Shown: positions 20,298 to 30,913, counted from the stretch's first letter. The stretch is DNA of 64,000 bases from Spirochaetia bacterium (GCA_965225855.1 CBDDCK010000005.1:1969074-2033073), one strand, 5' to 3'. Numbers and translations: made by a program. Notes: generated by a model not told the origin, from the sequence alone.

Positions 20298-20531
20298 TAT
20301 AGTTAAAATTATGCTGGAAGATTAGGCTTTTATTGTAACTATAGCGTATTCCAATAAATTAATGGCAGAAATAATAGTGAAATTATTAACAATCACAATA
20401 AAAATATCTATATATTAATTCAATACTATCTAGTTTGTTTTACAAAAATATGTAATAATCTAATACTGTATTACTAAATTCTGTGTAATTCTGATTATTG
20501 ATCATACTTTATAAAATATAAGGAATAAGTT

Positions 20532-21194
20532 ATGAAACACAAAATACGTGGGTACTCTGAAGAAGTTTATGAGTATATACGCAATAATTCTCTTCGTTTG
20601 CCTAACTATATGGCAGAGTTAATGCAAGAAACCAGCCAAATGCCTGAATCTATGATGGCGACTCCTCCAGAGCAAGGGCAGTTGTTATACTTTCTAATGA
20701 AAGCTATAGGAGCTAAGCGTGCCATAGAGGTTGGGGTATTTACCGGCATTGGAACTATGTGGTTGGCAAACGCAGTAGGTGATGATGGCAGTGTGATAGC
20801 TTGTGATCTCAATAGTGAATTTACTTCAATAGCACAGGCATACTGGCATAAAAGCGGTTTGGCCCAAACCATTGATTTACGTTTGGCACCGGCACAACAA
20901 ACCTTGCAACATTTAATTGATGGAGGCCAAAGCAGTAGTTTTGACTTTTGTTATATTGATGCCGATAAGGAAGGTTATCATACTTACTATGAACTTTGCT
21001 TTCAATTGATACGCCCGGGAGGTATTATTGCCTTTGATAATATGCTATATGGGGGTAGGGTTGCCGATAGTAACTGTAATGAAAAACCGATTCCCAACAT
21101 TCGGGCATTAAATAAAGCTCTCCATAATGATAAACGGGTGGAAGTGAGTTTTATGGCTATTGGCGATGGTTTATACTTAGTACGGAAACTTTGA
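20532..21194 (+). CDS. class I SAM-dependent O-methyltransferase (caffeoyl-CoA OMT-like)
   Basis: EVGVFTG, FDFCYIDADK, FDNMLYGG, IGDGL. Confidence 0.92.
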   Translation: MKHKIRGYSEEVYEYIRNNSLRLPNYMAELMQETSQMPESMMATPPEQGQLLYFLMKAIGAKRAIEVGVFTGIGTMWLANAVGDDGSVIACDLNSEFTSIAQAYWHKSGLAQTIDLRLAPAQQTLQHLIDGGQSSSFDFCYIDADKEGYHTYYELCFQLIRPGGIIAFDNMLYGGRVADSNCNEKPIPNIRALNKALHNDKRVEVSFMAIGDGLYLVRKL

Positions 21195-21224
21195 TTATCT
21201 CTATTCAATTGACTAATACTATTT

Positions 21225-21268
21225 ATATGGAATAAATAAAAGATAAACTCTTTTTATTTATTCCATAT
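21225..21268 (+). terminator. probable intrinsic terminator
   Basis: ATATGGAATAAATAAAAGA / TCTTTTTATTTATTCCATAT inverted repeat followed by T-run, after OMT stop. Confidence 0.55.
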
Positions 21269-21364
21269 TTTTTATTTAATAATTTATATATTTTGGATTT
21301 ATAAATTAGTATTTTTCTGTTTTATTTAATTATATAAATAATTTGTTTATTAGATATTTTTAGT

Positions 21365-22315
21365 ATGGATTTATCTATGGATCGATTGAAAAAGTATAAG
21401 ATTGCCAATGATGTATTTAATAGAAGAAATGATGTTGCTATTATTCATGGTGATGTAATAGACAAAATACAAATGCTTCCTGATGATACCTTTTCATTGA
21501 TTATTAGCTCTCCTCCGTATAATATAGGCAAATCCTATGAAACAAAACAAAGATTAGATAGTTATCTAGTATGGCAAGAAGCTATCATTAGTAAGTTAAT
21601 AGCAAAGTTAAAAGATAATGGTAGTATATGCTGGCAAGTAGGAAATTATATAGAAAATAAGGAAGTATACCCTTTAGATATATATTTATACCCTGTGTTC
21701 AAAAGTTTGGGTCTACAGTTGCGCAACCGAATTATATGGCATTTTAATCATGGTTTGCATGCGAACCTTCGATTTTCTGGTAGGTATGAAACTTTATTAT
21801 GGTTTACCAAAAGCGATAATTATATTTTCCATTTAGATAATGTCCGGGTGCCTTCTAAGTATCCCGGCAAGCGGCACTATAAAGGAAGCAAGAAAGGTCT
21901 TCCTAGTGGTAATCCCCAAGGTAAGAATCCTTCGGACTTTTGGCATTTTATTGATGATGAATTTGAAAAGGGTATTGTAGATATTCCCAATGTAAAAGCA
22001 AACCACCCAGAAAAAACACTGCACCCGTGTCAATTCCCTGTCGAGTTAATAGAAAGGTGTATTTTGGCTTTCACCAATCAAGATGACTATGTGCTAGACC
22101 CTTTTGCCGGCAGTGGTACAACCGCGATTGCAGCATTAAAACAAGATAGAAAAGCTGTATTGATTGAAAAAGAACAAGAATATTGTAACTTAGCCCATAA
22201 ACGAATCAAAGATTTTGAAAACGGCATATTAAAAACTAGAGAAATTGGCACAAAGATACATGTGCCTTCAGGCAATGATAAAGTTGCCCAAAAACCTAAG
22301 GAGTGGCTATTGTGA
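21365..22315 (+). CDS. site-specific DNA methyltransferase (beta class, SPPY)
   Basis: SSPPYN, HPCQFP, DPFAGSGTT. Confidence 0.93.
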   Translation: MDLSMDRLKKYKIANDVFNRRNDVAIIHGDVIDKIQMLPDDTFSLIISSPPYNIGKSYETKQRLDSYLVWQEAIISKLIAKLKDNGSICWQVGNYIENKEVYPLDIYLYPVFKSLGLQLRNRIIWHFNHGLHANLRFSGRYETLLWFTKSDNYIFHLDNVRVPSKYPGKRHYKGSKKGLPSGNPQGKNPSDFWHFIDDEFEKGIVDIPNVKANHPEKTLHPCQFPVELIERCILAFTNQDDYVLDPFAGSGTTAIAALKQDRKAVLIEKEQEYCNLAHKRIKDFENGILKTREIGTKIHVPSGNDKVAQKPKEWLL

Positions 22316-22884
22316 AAATACTAGGACAATATAGCTTTAATAATGGTTTAGCGTATATCAATAACCAATATCCAGATTTGTTCAATGAAGTTTCCCAAGT
22401 AATTGCTAGGGTAGATGCGAATCTATGTAAAAATAAAATATCTAAAGAAAAGACTATGCAGGATAAATTACTCTATAGTCCACCTGAATTAAATAAGGAA
22501 TTTAAAAGGCAATTTATGAAATTTACGGATTGGAAAAATCATAAAGTGCCATGTGAATATTCTAATCAATATTATGTGAATAACTATATTCCAGAAAAGA
22601 ATACTCAAAATGCTTACCGAGATATGGACTTTGTTAAAAGTAAATTAGGTGTTGAAGTGCAATTTGGCAAGTATTCTTTTATGGTGTACAATGTTTGCGC
22701 CAAGATGACTATATTTAAAAACTTGGGTGTTATCAATGCTGGTATAGAGATAGTACCTATTAAAAATCTAGCTCAAAATATGTCTACTGGCGTTTCTTAT
22801 TTTGAGCAATTTGTATGGGATTTAGATAATAGAGGGACTTCTAATATAGATATACCTGTCTTAATTTTAGGTATTGATAATTAG
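22312..22884 (+). CDS. BglII/BstYI-family type II restriction endonuclease
   Basis: KISKEKT..LYSPPELN, DFVKSKLGVEVQFGKYSF, MSTGVSYFEQ resemble BstYI; GTGA overlap with MTase. Confidence 0.88.
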   Translation: MKILGQYSFNNGLAYINNQYPDLFNEVSQVIARVDANLCKNKISKEKTMQDKLLYSPPELNKEFKRQFMKFTDWKNHKVPCEYSNQYYVNNYIPEKNTQNAYRDMDFVKSKLGVEVQFGKYSFMVYNVCAKMTIFKNLGVINAGIEIVPIKNLAQNMSTGVSYFEQFVWDLDNRGTSNIDIPVLILGIDN

Positions 22885-23038
22885 TTTTATATCTATTTAT
22901 AAATTATTTATTTGATACTTTTACTTTGATTTATAGATTAATAAATAAATTAAATTTTATATTATAGTAAAGACTATACCATAAAAGTATGCCTGCCACA
23001 TAAATATTTAAGAGCATTTGATAGACTAAAGGACAATT

Positions 23039-23773
23039 ATGAGAGATATAAAACAAGCGGATAGCTTGGATTCTACGCTTTTTGATGATCAATTTATCGA
23101 CTTAACGATTACATCGCCACCGTATAATGTAGAAATTCAATACGGTTCAAACAATGATAATTTGGATTACGGTGAATACTTAAACTTTACCAAAGATTGG
23201 TTGATCAATGTCTTTAACTGGACTAAATCTACAGGCCGTCTATGTTTGAATGTACCTTTAGATAAGAATAAAGGAGGGCAGCAAAGTGTAGGAGCGGATA
23301 TTACTCAATTAGCTAAGGAGGTTGGGTGGAACTATCATTCTACTATTATCTGGAATGAACAGAATATCTCTCGTAGGACGGCTTGGGGTAGTTGGTTGTC
23401 TGCTTCAGCGCCATATGTGATAGCTCCGGTTGAGCTTATATTAGTATTGTATAAAGATATATGGAAGAGAAACTATAAAGGACAATCCGATATTACTAGA
23501 GATGAATTTATGCTTTGGACGAACGGAGTTTGGACTTTCAATGGCGAAAGTAAGAAACGAATCGGTCACCCTGCCCCATTTCCCCAAGAACTTCCCTATA
23601 GATGTATCAAGCTATTTTCCTATATCGGGGACTTGATATTTGACCCTTTCTTAGGCTCTGGTACAACTACTTTGGTTGCCGAAAAGTTAAACCGAAACTA
23701 TATCGGTATAGAAATAGATGAAGTTTATTATAACCTTGCTTTAGAAAGAAACAGACACAAGGCTTTATTATGA
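23039..23773 (+). CDS. site-specific DNA methyltransferase (beta class, SPPY)
   Basis: TSPPYN, RRTAWGSWLSASAPY, HPAPFP, DPFLGSGTT. Confidence 0.92.
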   Translation: MRDIKQADSLDSTLFDDQFIDLTITSPPYNVEIQYGSNNDNLDYGEYLNFTKDWLINVFNWTKSTGRLCLNVPLDKNKGGQQSVGADITQLAKEVGWNYHSTIIWNEQNISRRTAWGSWLSASAPYVIAPVELILVLYKDIWKRNYKGQSDITRDEFMLWTNGVWTFNGESKKRIGHPAPFPQELPYRCIKLFSYIGDLIFDPFLGSGTTTLVAEKLNRNYIGIEIDEVYYNLALERNRHKALL

Positions 23774-24006
23774 ATAAAGAAATAACCCAAGAAGAGATAA
23801 TTAAAGAGTTTTATCAAGATAATCCTAAAAGAGATATAGTGCACCCGGAAGTAGTAGATTGGGTAACTCAAGAATATTTCAAAAGAACTGGGAAGATATT
23901 TAGAGACCCCGACCGGAGTATTAGAAAGTTAGCGCAAAGTGGTTTTGTGATAAAAGTAAAAATTCAATTATTTAGTTTATTGATTGTCAATATGATATTA
24001 TGCTAG
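23770..24006 (+). pseudogene. truncated endonuclease (N-terminus of HNH-type partner)
   Basis: HPEVVDW...FRDPDRSIRKL...IKV then unrelated AT-rich tail; no catalytic domain; ATGA overlap with MTase. Confidence 0.65.
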
Positions 24007-24135
24007 TAAAAATATGATAATAGTAGGTTGCTAGAATAATCAAACCAGATTGTTTATTAGATATTTTCAGATAGACTTATTGATTGATAAATAGCTTAAA
24101 TTTGATATTATGGCAAAGGTTGGTACTGTTTTTAG

Positions 24136-26670
24136 ATGAAATACCAAAATATTCGTGAAGAAGAACTAAAAAACTTGGTGAGCCGGGATATGTTCCCTAA
24201 ATTTGATTGCACTAGAATTATTGGCAATATAGATTTTTGCGTTGGCCCCAAAAATATTAAACAAATGGATAGGCAAGCAGAGCTTTTTGCCTCGCAACCA
24301 TCGTATTTGTGGGCCGAAGCTAAGAAAGGCCAAACCGACTTATATAAAGATTTGGTGCAATTGATTTTAACTATTGGCAAGGCGCGTACCTTTGACCAAC
24401 ACCTGCCTCCGAAATATTTGGGGGCGTTTGATGGTAATTCCATAGCCTTTATACCGTATAATGAAATTCAAGAAATATTTTATTGGAACGACTTTAATTG
24501 GAAAGTTCGCTCTTCCGATCACAATAGTAAAGAGTTTGCCTTAGTATTATCTAAGGTGCAAACTACCTTGCAGCAACAATCTTTAATCTTTGATCTGGAA
24601 GCGGATATAAAACAAATTAAAGAGTTTGTTACAAACAACTTTGTTGCAAGTAGCTTAGAAACCACCTGTAAAATACAAATTGACAAGAACAATTTTATTT
24701 CAATCTACAACAAATGGCTAAAAAAAGTAGAGCCGAGTATAAATGTAAGTTGGGAGCGAGTTAGGAATAATGGCATTCTTAGTGCCGATTTTTATCTGGC
24801 CGATTTACTTTCTCACGAAAACAAAACCCTAAAAGAGAAACTGTTTGTATTATTACAACACGATCGTTATGAGTTAAACCGAAAGATAAATCAAGATACC
24901 GGCTTGTTTGAATCTTCTACAGTCTCATTTAAGGATAAGCAACAAGCCCATACGGAATTTTGGAATTTGTACCAGAGACCGCCTAAGGAAGAGTATTGGG
25001 ACTACATTATTGAAAGGCGCGATCTATTAGTTCCGCAGGACATAAGAGAAAGAAAGGGAAGTTTTTTTACGCCACAGGCTTGGGTGGAACTTTCGCAAAA
25101 GTATTTGGCCGATAGTTTGGGCGAAGGCTGGCAAGATGAATTTACAGTTTGGGATTGTGCTGCCGGCACCGGCAACCTATTACATGGCTTAACTAATAAA
25201 TATAATATTTGGGCCAGTACCATAGATAAAGCCGATGTCGATATTATGTTGGATCGGGTGGAAAGTGGCGCAAACTTGCTCAAGAATCATATATTTCAGT
25301 TTGACTTCTTAAATGATAGTTGGGACAAACTTCCCAAACCATTGTTTGATATTATCAATGATCCAAAAAAAAGAAAAAAACTTCTCATCTACATAAACCC
25401 GCCTTATGCGGAAACTGCAAATAATAAAACCGCAGAGAAAGATAGAATTAATAAAAGAGGAGTATCTTTTACAAAGATTCAAGAGTTGTATAGCAAAGAG
25501 ATAGGTATTGCTACTAAAGAATTATTTGCTCAATTTTTAATAAGGATTTATAAACAGATTCCTAATTGTTATATAGGTCATTTCTCAACATTGAAACTAA
25601 TACAAGGCCCCAACTTTAGTAAATTTAGAGATTGTTATAAAGCTGATTTTAAGAAAGGTTTCGTTGTTCCAGCAAAGACCTTTGATAATGTCCAAGGCAA
25701 TTTTCCTATAGGTTTTATGATTTGGAATTTAGATCATCATAAGAATATAGAAAATATTGATAAAATAATCTTTGATATATTTGATGAATCTAGCATACCA
25801 TTAGGAAAAAAGAAATTTCATTCCTATAAGAAAAATAAATTTATTACAGATTGGTATAGGGCTTATCATACAAGAGAAATAGATGATAGTAATTTAGGAG
25901 CTATTGGTTTATATGGTAGTGATTTCCAACATAATAACTTCATTAGAATTACAGATAGTCAAGAACACCCTAATAGATGGACTTTTATTATCAAAGATAA
26001 CTTAATGGAAACTTCTATCTACTTTTCGATTCGTCATAGTTTTGAACCTACTTGGCTCAATGATCGAGACCAATTTTTATATCCCAACGACTCATGGCAA
26101 TTAGACTATGAGTTTCAAAATAACTGTTTAGCATTTACTTTGTTCCATACCCAAAACCGCATAACTTCTAATTATGGAGTTAATCATTGGATACCTTTTA
26201 GTGAAAAACAACTAGATTCGCAAGGAAAATTTGAAAGTAATTTGATAGTGGATTTTATCAATGGTAGGTTGGGCAAAGATAAAAACCATAATGGCCAATT
26301 ATCAAATGGAGATCAATCAATCAAAATATCAGAGCATTGCCATATACCTACCGAGCCGTTAGTATTTTCTTTGGAGGCCCAGGCAGTTTTTGCAGCAGGG
26401 CAACAACTTTGGCAATACTACCACCAAACTATCCAATTACAAGCCGATGATTCCAATCCTGCCAGTGCGGAATATAATAGAAAAATGGTCAATGCTTCCT
26501 ATTACGACATCAAAGAATACTTTCAAGGCCGCAACGATAAAGGCCGAATGAACCCCAAAAGCTCTAATCCCCGCTATAATGAATTATTGGCGCAGCTTAA
26601 GAATAACATGGAAACACTCAAAGGCAAAATACAACCCAAAGTCTACCAACACGGCTTTTTGCTAGAGTGA
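24136..26670 (+). CDS. type IIG-like restriction-modification fusion protein (m6A MTase)
   Basis: N-terminal ID...WAEAKKG (PD-(D/E)XK-like), GSFFTP, WDCAAGTGNL (motif I), INPPY (motif IV). Confidence 0.75.
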   Translation: MKYQNIREEELKNLVSRDMFPKFDCTRIIGNIDFCVGPKNIKQMDRQAELFASQPSYLWAEAKKGQTDLYKDLVQLILTIGKARTFDQHLPPKYLGAFDGNSIAFIPYNEIQEIFYWNDFNWKVRSSDHNSKEFALVLSKVQTTLQQQSLIFDLEADIKQIKEFVTNNFVASSLETTCKIQIDKNNFISIYNKWLKKVEPSINVSWERVRNNGILSADFYLADLLSHENKTLKEKLFVLLQHDRYELNRKINQDTGLFESSTVSFKDKQQAHTEFWNLYQRPPKEEYWDYIIERRDLLVPQDIRERKGSFFTPQAWVELSQKYLADSLGEGWQDEFTVWDCAAGTGNLLHGLTNKYNIWASTIDKADVDIMLDRVESGANLLKNHIFQFDFLNDSWDKLPKPLFDIINDPKKRKKLLIYINPPYAETANNKTAEKDRINKRGVSFTKIQELYSKEIGIATKELFAQFLIRIYKQIPNCYIGHFSTLKLIQGPNFSKFRDCYKADFKKGFVVPAKTFDNVQGNFPIGFMIWNLDHHKNIENIDKIIFDIFDESSIPLGKKKFHSYKKNKFITDWYRAYHTREIDDSNLGAIGLYGSDFQHNNFIRITDSQEHPNRWTFIIKDNLMETSIYFSIRHSFEPTWLNDRDQFLYPNDSWQLDYEFQNNCLAFTLFHTQNRITSNYGVNHWIPFSEKQLDSQGKFESNLIVDFINGRLGKDKNHNGQLSNGDQSIKISEHCHIPTEPLVFSLEAQAVFAAGQQLWQYYHQTIQLQADDSNPASAEYNRKMVNASYYDIKEYFQGRNDKGRMNPKSSNPRYNELLAQLKNNMETLKGKIQPKVYQHGFLLE

Positions 26671-26802
26671 TTGAACATACCAAGTGAGAAGTATCTATGG
26701 AGTAGAGCCCTTATAAGGCCATTTGCCGCATAACATTGATTTGCATCTGTTTGCTTTTTAGCATTTTATCCCTCAAAATTAACTATAATATAAGGGAAAT
26801 TT

Positions 26803-27048
26803 ATGAAAGAAATAAAGAAAGGAGATAGTTTAGACGTACCAAGGCCGAGTTATGGCCGCTGGCCAAAAGAAAACGATTGTTGGTATTACGGCTAATCTAG
26901 TCCAAGGTCATGACCATAAAACCAGTGCAAGGACGTGAATGGATTTGTGATAGTTGTAATACGCGGGGTTAGGACGCTTTAAAGATGATACCCAGTTTTT
27001 ATATCGCGTTATTGCATATTTAGAAAAAACACAATAAATAATCTATAA
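26803..27048 (+). pseudogene. decayed RM remnant: MTase-like start fused to Hpy99I-like HNH endonuclease C-terminus
   Basis: MKEIKKGDSLD start; then across two frameshifts KKTIVGITANLV.GHDH...GREWICDSCNT/GLGRFKDD..FL.RVIAYL. Confidence 0.8.
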
Positions 27049-27065
27049 TATAAAATAGAATCTGA

Positions 27066-27157
27066 CATGCTGTCTCAAAAAGTTGCTTTTTTCAAGCTTT
27101 AGTTGATAGTTAGCCTTTACATTAATTAGAAAAAAATTGGCTTTTTGGGACAGCATG
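27066..27157. mobile_element. 92-bp MITE-like element
   Basis: CATGCTGTCTCAAAAAG ... CTTTTTGGGACAGCATG 17-bp inverted repeat with one mismatch; no ORF. Confidence 0.55.
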
Positions 27158-27245
27158 AATATATTTAAAGAAACAAATATTAAATTCTTTAAATTCTTTG
27201 TTAATTAGATGAATTAAACGTATGTTAGACTCTACTGATTGATTT

Positions 27246-28601
27246 TCAGATTCCTCCAAAAAATATACCTAAAATAAATACCAAAATCGTAATTCCACAA
27301 AATGCATATTTTGATAAAGGTAAGAAATAAGACTCTAGCGGTTTTTTTCGCCCTAACTGTACTTGTTCTTTTACAAACTCCGAACCACAGACCCAGAAAT
27401 ACATAATACCCGCAAGCACCGCTCCTAATGGTAAGACATAAATAGACATAATATCCATCCATTTGCTTAATATGCTTGCATTTTCAATCATCAATCCAAC
27501 TATAAATGAAATTCCTATAACAATTGAAACTGAAGCTAATCTTGAGAGATTGTATCTTTGTTGTAACGCTTCAACAGGAGTCTCAAGCAAATTCATTAAG
27601 GAAGTGAGTCCCGCAAATAATACGGCTACAAAAAATAAAATTGCAATAATCTGCCCTCCAAACATGAGTTTGAATACACTTGGCATAGTAATAAACATTA
27701 GTGGAGGCCCAGCACCAGGATCTAACTGGAAAGCAAAGACTGCGGGAATTATTACTATTGCTGCTATGAGTGAGGCAAGTGTATCAAAAAAAGTAACTTG
27801 TTTTGCACATGATATAACATCTTCAGACTGTTTGAGATAACTTCCATATACCAGTGTTCCCGAACCCCCCAATGATAAAGAAAAGAATGCCTGACCTAAA
27901 GCAAAAATCCAGGTTCTAAGATCAGCCAGTAATTCCCATTTTGGTATAAATAAATATTTATAGCCTTCTGTAGTACCATTTAATGTAAATACATATAAGG
28001 CTAAAATAGTAAATAATGCTAAAAACAAAGGTATCATAATCTTATTTGCTTTTTCAATACCTCTTGATACTCCTAATGCCATGATGAAGAATGTCACAAG
28101 TAAAATTACTGAATGCCATCCGACACTACCAAAATTTCCAACTATGGCTCCGAAGTAAGCACCGCTATCTTTTGATGATATAACCGATCCTGTAATTGAA
28201 CCTACGGTAAATTTTAGAATCCACCCCACAACGATAGCATAACCTATGCCAACGCCAAGTGAACCTATAACTGGTATCATTCCTAAAAGACTTCCACCCT
28301 TTTTTCCTCGCATTTGAAACGCTTTCTTAAACGCACCCAATGGTCCTGATCTCATAGCACGGCCAAATGACATTTCCCCTACAACACCTGTAAGACCAAT
28401 TAATACTACAAATAAGAAATAAGGAATAAGAAACGCAGCTCCACCAAACTGGCCTACGCGATACGAAAATAGCCATATGTTACCCATACCTACGGCAGAA
28501 CCAGTACAAGCAATTATAAAACCTAATTTAGAAGTAAAGCTGTCACGACTCTGTTGCAAATCTTCTGTAACAGTTTGATTTTTTACGTCATCTTGATGCA
28601 T
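27246..28601 (-). CDS. sodium-dependent transporter, SNF/NSS family (TnaT-like)
   Basis: GSAVGMGNIW, GGAAFLIPY, ALGQAFFSLSLG, YGSY; adjacent to tryptophanase. Confidence 0.92.
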   Translation of the reverse strand: MHQDDVKNQTVTEDLQQSRDSFTSKLGFIIACTGSAVGMGNIWLFSYRVGQFGGAAFLIPYFLFVVLIGLTGVVGEMSFGRAMRSGPLGAFKKAFQMRGKKGGSLLGMIPVIGSLGVGIGYAIVVGWILKFTVGSITGSVISSKDSGAYFGAIVGNFGSVGWHSVILLVTFFIMALGVSRGIEKANKIMIPLFLALFTILALYVFTLNGTTEGYKYLFIPKWELLADLRTWIFALGQAFFSLSLGGSGTLVYGSYLKQSEDVISCAKQVTFFDTLASLIAAIVIIPAVFAFQLDPGAGPPLMFITMPSVFKLMFGGQIIAILFFVAVLFAGLTSLMNLLETPVEALQQRYNLSRLASVSIVIGISFIVGLMIENASILSKWMDIMSIYVLPLGAVLAGIMYFWVCGSEFVKEQVQLGRKKPLESYFLPLSKYAFCGITILVFILGIFFGGI

Positions 28602-28638
28602 ATTGCACCTCCCTAAATTGATTCATATTTTTACCTCC

Positions 28639-29067
28639 TTAACGGTTATTTTTGATATAGACTTTTAAAGTGGACTTGAAAATGTCTTAGTTAAGCGATT
28701 CCTATATAATTGTATATCCTGAAACGGTAGACACTCTTATACTTGGAAATAGTATACATAGCTTGGTAAATTCAAATTTTGATGGTAACTATTTTCCAGT
28801 ATTGCTGTTATACCCAGTGAAAACGATCCTATAGAAGAAACACCATGACTGATAAATCCTTCATAGATAATAGTACTATTTATTTTTGCCAATATCAGAT
28901 TATCCTAATTAAGAAATCTGTAATGTTTAGTCCATCTTTTCAAAATGAGTCTGAAAGAATCTCAAAGATTCGGGTTCATATGTGAAATGCAAACCGAAAA
29001 TATCCTTCACGACTCTGTTGCAAATCTTCTGTAACAGTTTGATTTTCTAAATCATCTTGATACATAT
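28639..29067 (-). pseudogene. decayed duplicate of tnaA and of transporter 5' end
   Basis: 28639-28882 is a patchwork of segments like 29114-29215, 29285-29351 and 29624-29654; 29007-29067 matches 28543-28603. Confidence 0.85.
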
Positions 29068-29113
29068 TTCATATCCTTAATGGTTTTTTATAACTCAGAC
29101 TTCAATCCTTGTA

Positions 29114-30499
29114 TTAAGTTTTTGATACAGGCTTTAAGTGGGCTTGAAAATGTCTTAATATAGGCGGTTCCCATGCAATGGTATATCCTGAAACGGTATC
29201 TGCTCTTTTTTGAATTCTCACTAAAGCATCCACAACGAAATCAAAATGTGCTTGCGTATATACTCGGCGTGGTATGCATAATCGGGTAAATTCAAATTTT
29301 GATGGCAACTGTTTTCCAGCATTGTCATTACCTAGTAAAAACGATCCTATATCTGCTGTTCGAATACCTCCCTCTTTATACAACTCAATCACAAGTGTCT
29401 GTCCAGGAAATTGGTGTGGTGGAATATGAGGGAACATAGCTTGAGCATCTATATATACCCCATGTCCACCTGTAGGAAACTGACAACCAATACCCCGCTC
29501 GCGAAGCTGCGCACCTAGATATTCTGCTTGTCCAATTCGATATGCTAAGTAATTTTCATCTATTCCTTCAATCAATCCAACGGCAATACATTCAATATCG
29601 CGACCCGAAAGCCCGCCATAGCCGATAAATCCTTCATAGATAATAGTGCTATTCATCACTTCTTGTTTTAAGCGCTTATCCGATTTTATGCCGATTAATC
29701 CTCCTATGTTGACAATAGCATCTTTTTTGGAACTCATCGTAAATACATCAGAGTAAAGAAACATTTCTCTGATTATTTCCTTGATGGATACATCACTGTA
29801 ACCTTCTTCTCTTTTCTTGATAAAAAATGCATTTTCTGCACAGCGCGCAGCATCAATACAAACTATAATACCGTGATGTTTACAAATATCATAAGTCTGT
29901 TTTAGATTGTTCATTGACACTGGTTGACCTCCAACCGAGTTATTTGTAAGTGTCATAATAACAATCCCAATGTTATCAGCTCCATATTCTTTAATCAATG
30001 ATTCTAATTTTTCACAATCTATATTCCCCTTAAAAGGAAATTCTTTATTCATTTCCTCTGCTTCAGGAATGCTACAATCAATGACTTGCGCTCCAGCTAT
30101 TTCTGCGTGAGCTCTTGTAGTATCAAAGTGCGTGTTGGCAATAGAATATTTACCTTTTTTTATAATAAGTGGCAATAAGACTTTTTCTGCAGCTCGGCCT
30201 TGATGTACCGGTTGAATGTATTCATAACCAAAAATATCTTGTGCTGTTGTTACAAGTTTTCGATGGCTTGAAGACCCTGCATATGCTTCATCACCTGCCA
30301 TAAGCGCAGCCCATTGATTCTGGCTCATAGCTCCTGTACCACTATCTGTTAGTAGATCTATGTATACATCTTCGGAACGAAGATTAAATACATTGTATTG
30401 TGCATCAATTATTTTTTGCTCTCGTTCTTTTGAGGTAAGCCATTGTATAGTCTCTACCGACTTAATTCTAAATGGCTCGGGGATGTAGCGTTTAACCAT
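29114..30499 (-). CDS. tnaA: tryptophanase
   Basis: [30 protein letters not shown] (PLP Lys), C-terminal LRHF (tryptophanase rather than Tpl); GGGAGA RBS before ATG at 30499. Confidence 0.88.
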   Translation of the reverse strand: MVKRYIPEPFRIKSVETIQWLTSKEREQKIIDAQYNVFNLRSEDVYIDLLTDSGTGAMSQNQWAALMAGDEAYAGSSSHRKLVTTAQDIFGYEYIQPVHQGRAAEKVLLPLIIKKGKYSIANTHFDTTRAHAEIAGAQVIDCSIPEAEEMNKEFPFKGNIDCEKLESLIKEYGADNIGIVIMTLTNNSVGGQPVSMNNLKQTYDICKHHGIIVCIDAARCAENAFFIKKREEGYSDVSIKEIIREMFLYSDVFTMSSKKDAIVNIGGLIGIKSDKRLKQEVMNSTIIYEGFIGYGGLSGRDIECIAVGLIEGIDENYLAYRIGQAEYLGAQLRERGIGCQFPTGGHGVYIDAQAMFPHIPPHQFPGQTLVIELYKEGGIRTADIGSFLLGNDNAGKQLPSKFEFTRLCIPRRVYTQAHFDFVVDALVRIQKRADTVSGYTIAWEPPILRHFQAHLKPVSKT

Positions 30500-30795
30500 A
30501 TATTTCTCCCTATACAATTATCTAAAAATCAATATTATAAATAATATGGAAAATTCTATTTATGTCAATAGAATTTTCCATAAATAAAGAAATAAAAATC
30601 CTTAGGCTTTCTATAACTTCCCGCAATACTACTTTGGTTTTGTATAGACCAAAATATGATCGATACCAAAAAGCAATCAATAAGATTCTGCCATTATTAT
30701 CGTAATCGTGTTCTACCATTGCTTGAGCTTGCCCCAAAAATTAAAATTGCTAAAGCGCGATAACTATAGGACTTTAGGCATATACCCAAAGCACT

Positions 30796-30913
30796 CCGGC
30801 TATTCACGCAAAGAGCCGAACTTATTCACGGTCTGCGCCTCGGCTAAATACGGGAATAAGTTTGGACAAATACGGGGAGAGCTTCGGCTAAATACGCAAA
30901 TAAGTTTGGCTCT
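30796..30913. repeat. 22-bp-period degenerate array with imperfect inverted ends
   Basis: GGCTATTCACG/GGCTAAATACG-like units at 30798, 30820, 30842, 30864, 30886; AGAGCCGAACTTATT vs AATAAGTTTGGCTCT. Confidence 0.7.

Noticed and set aside
16449..20531. Integron-like cassette array (recurring GTTAT at gene borders)
   Set aside because: No attC-like hairpins, no GTTRRRY pattern and no integrase; the motif is short and AT-rich.
30611..30737. Possible DDE transposase relic (TIT-DNNG...FGIDH)
   Set aside because: Needs frameshifts and is too short to support.
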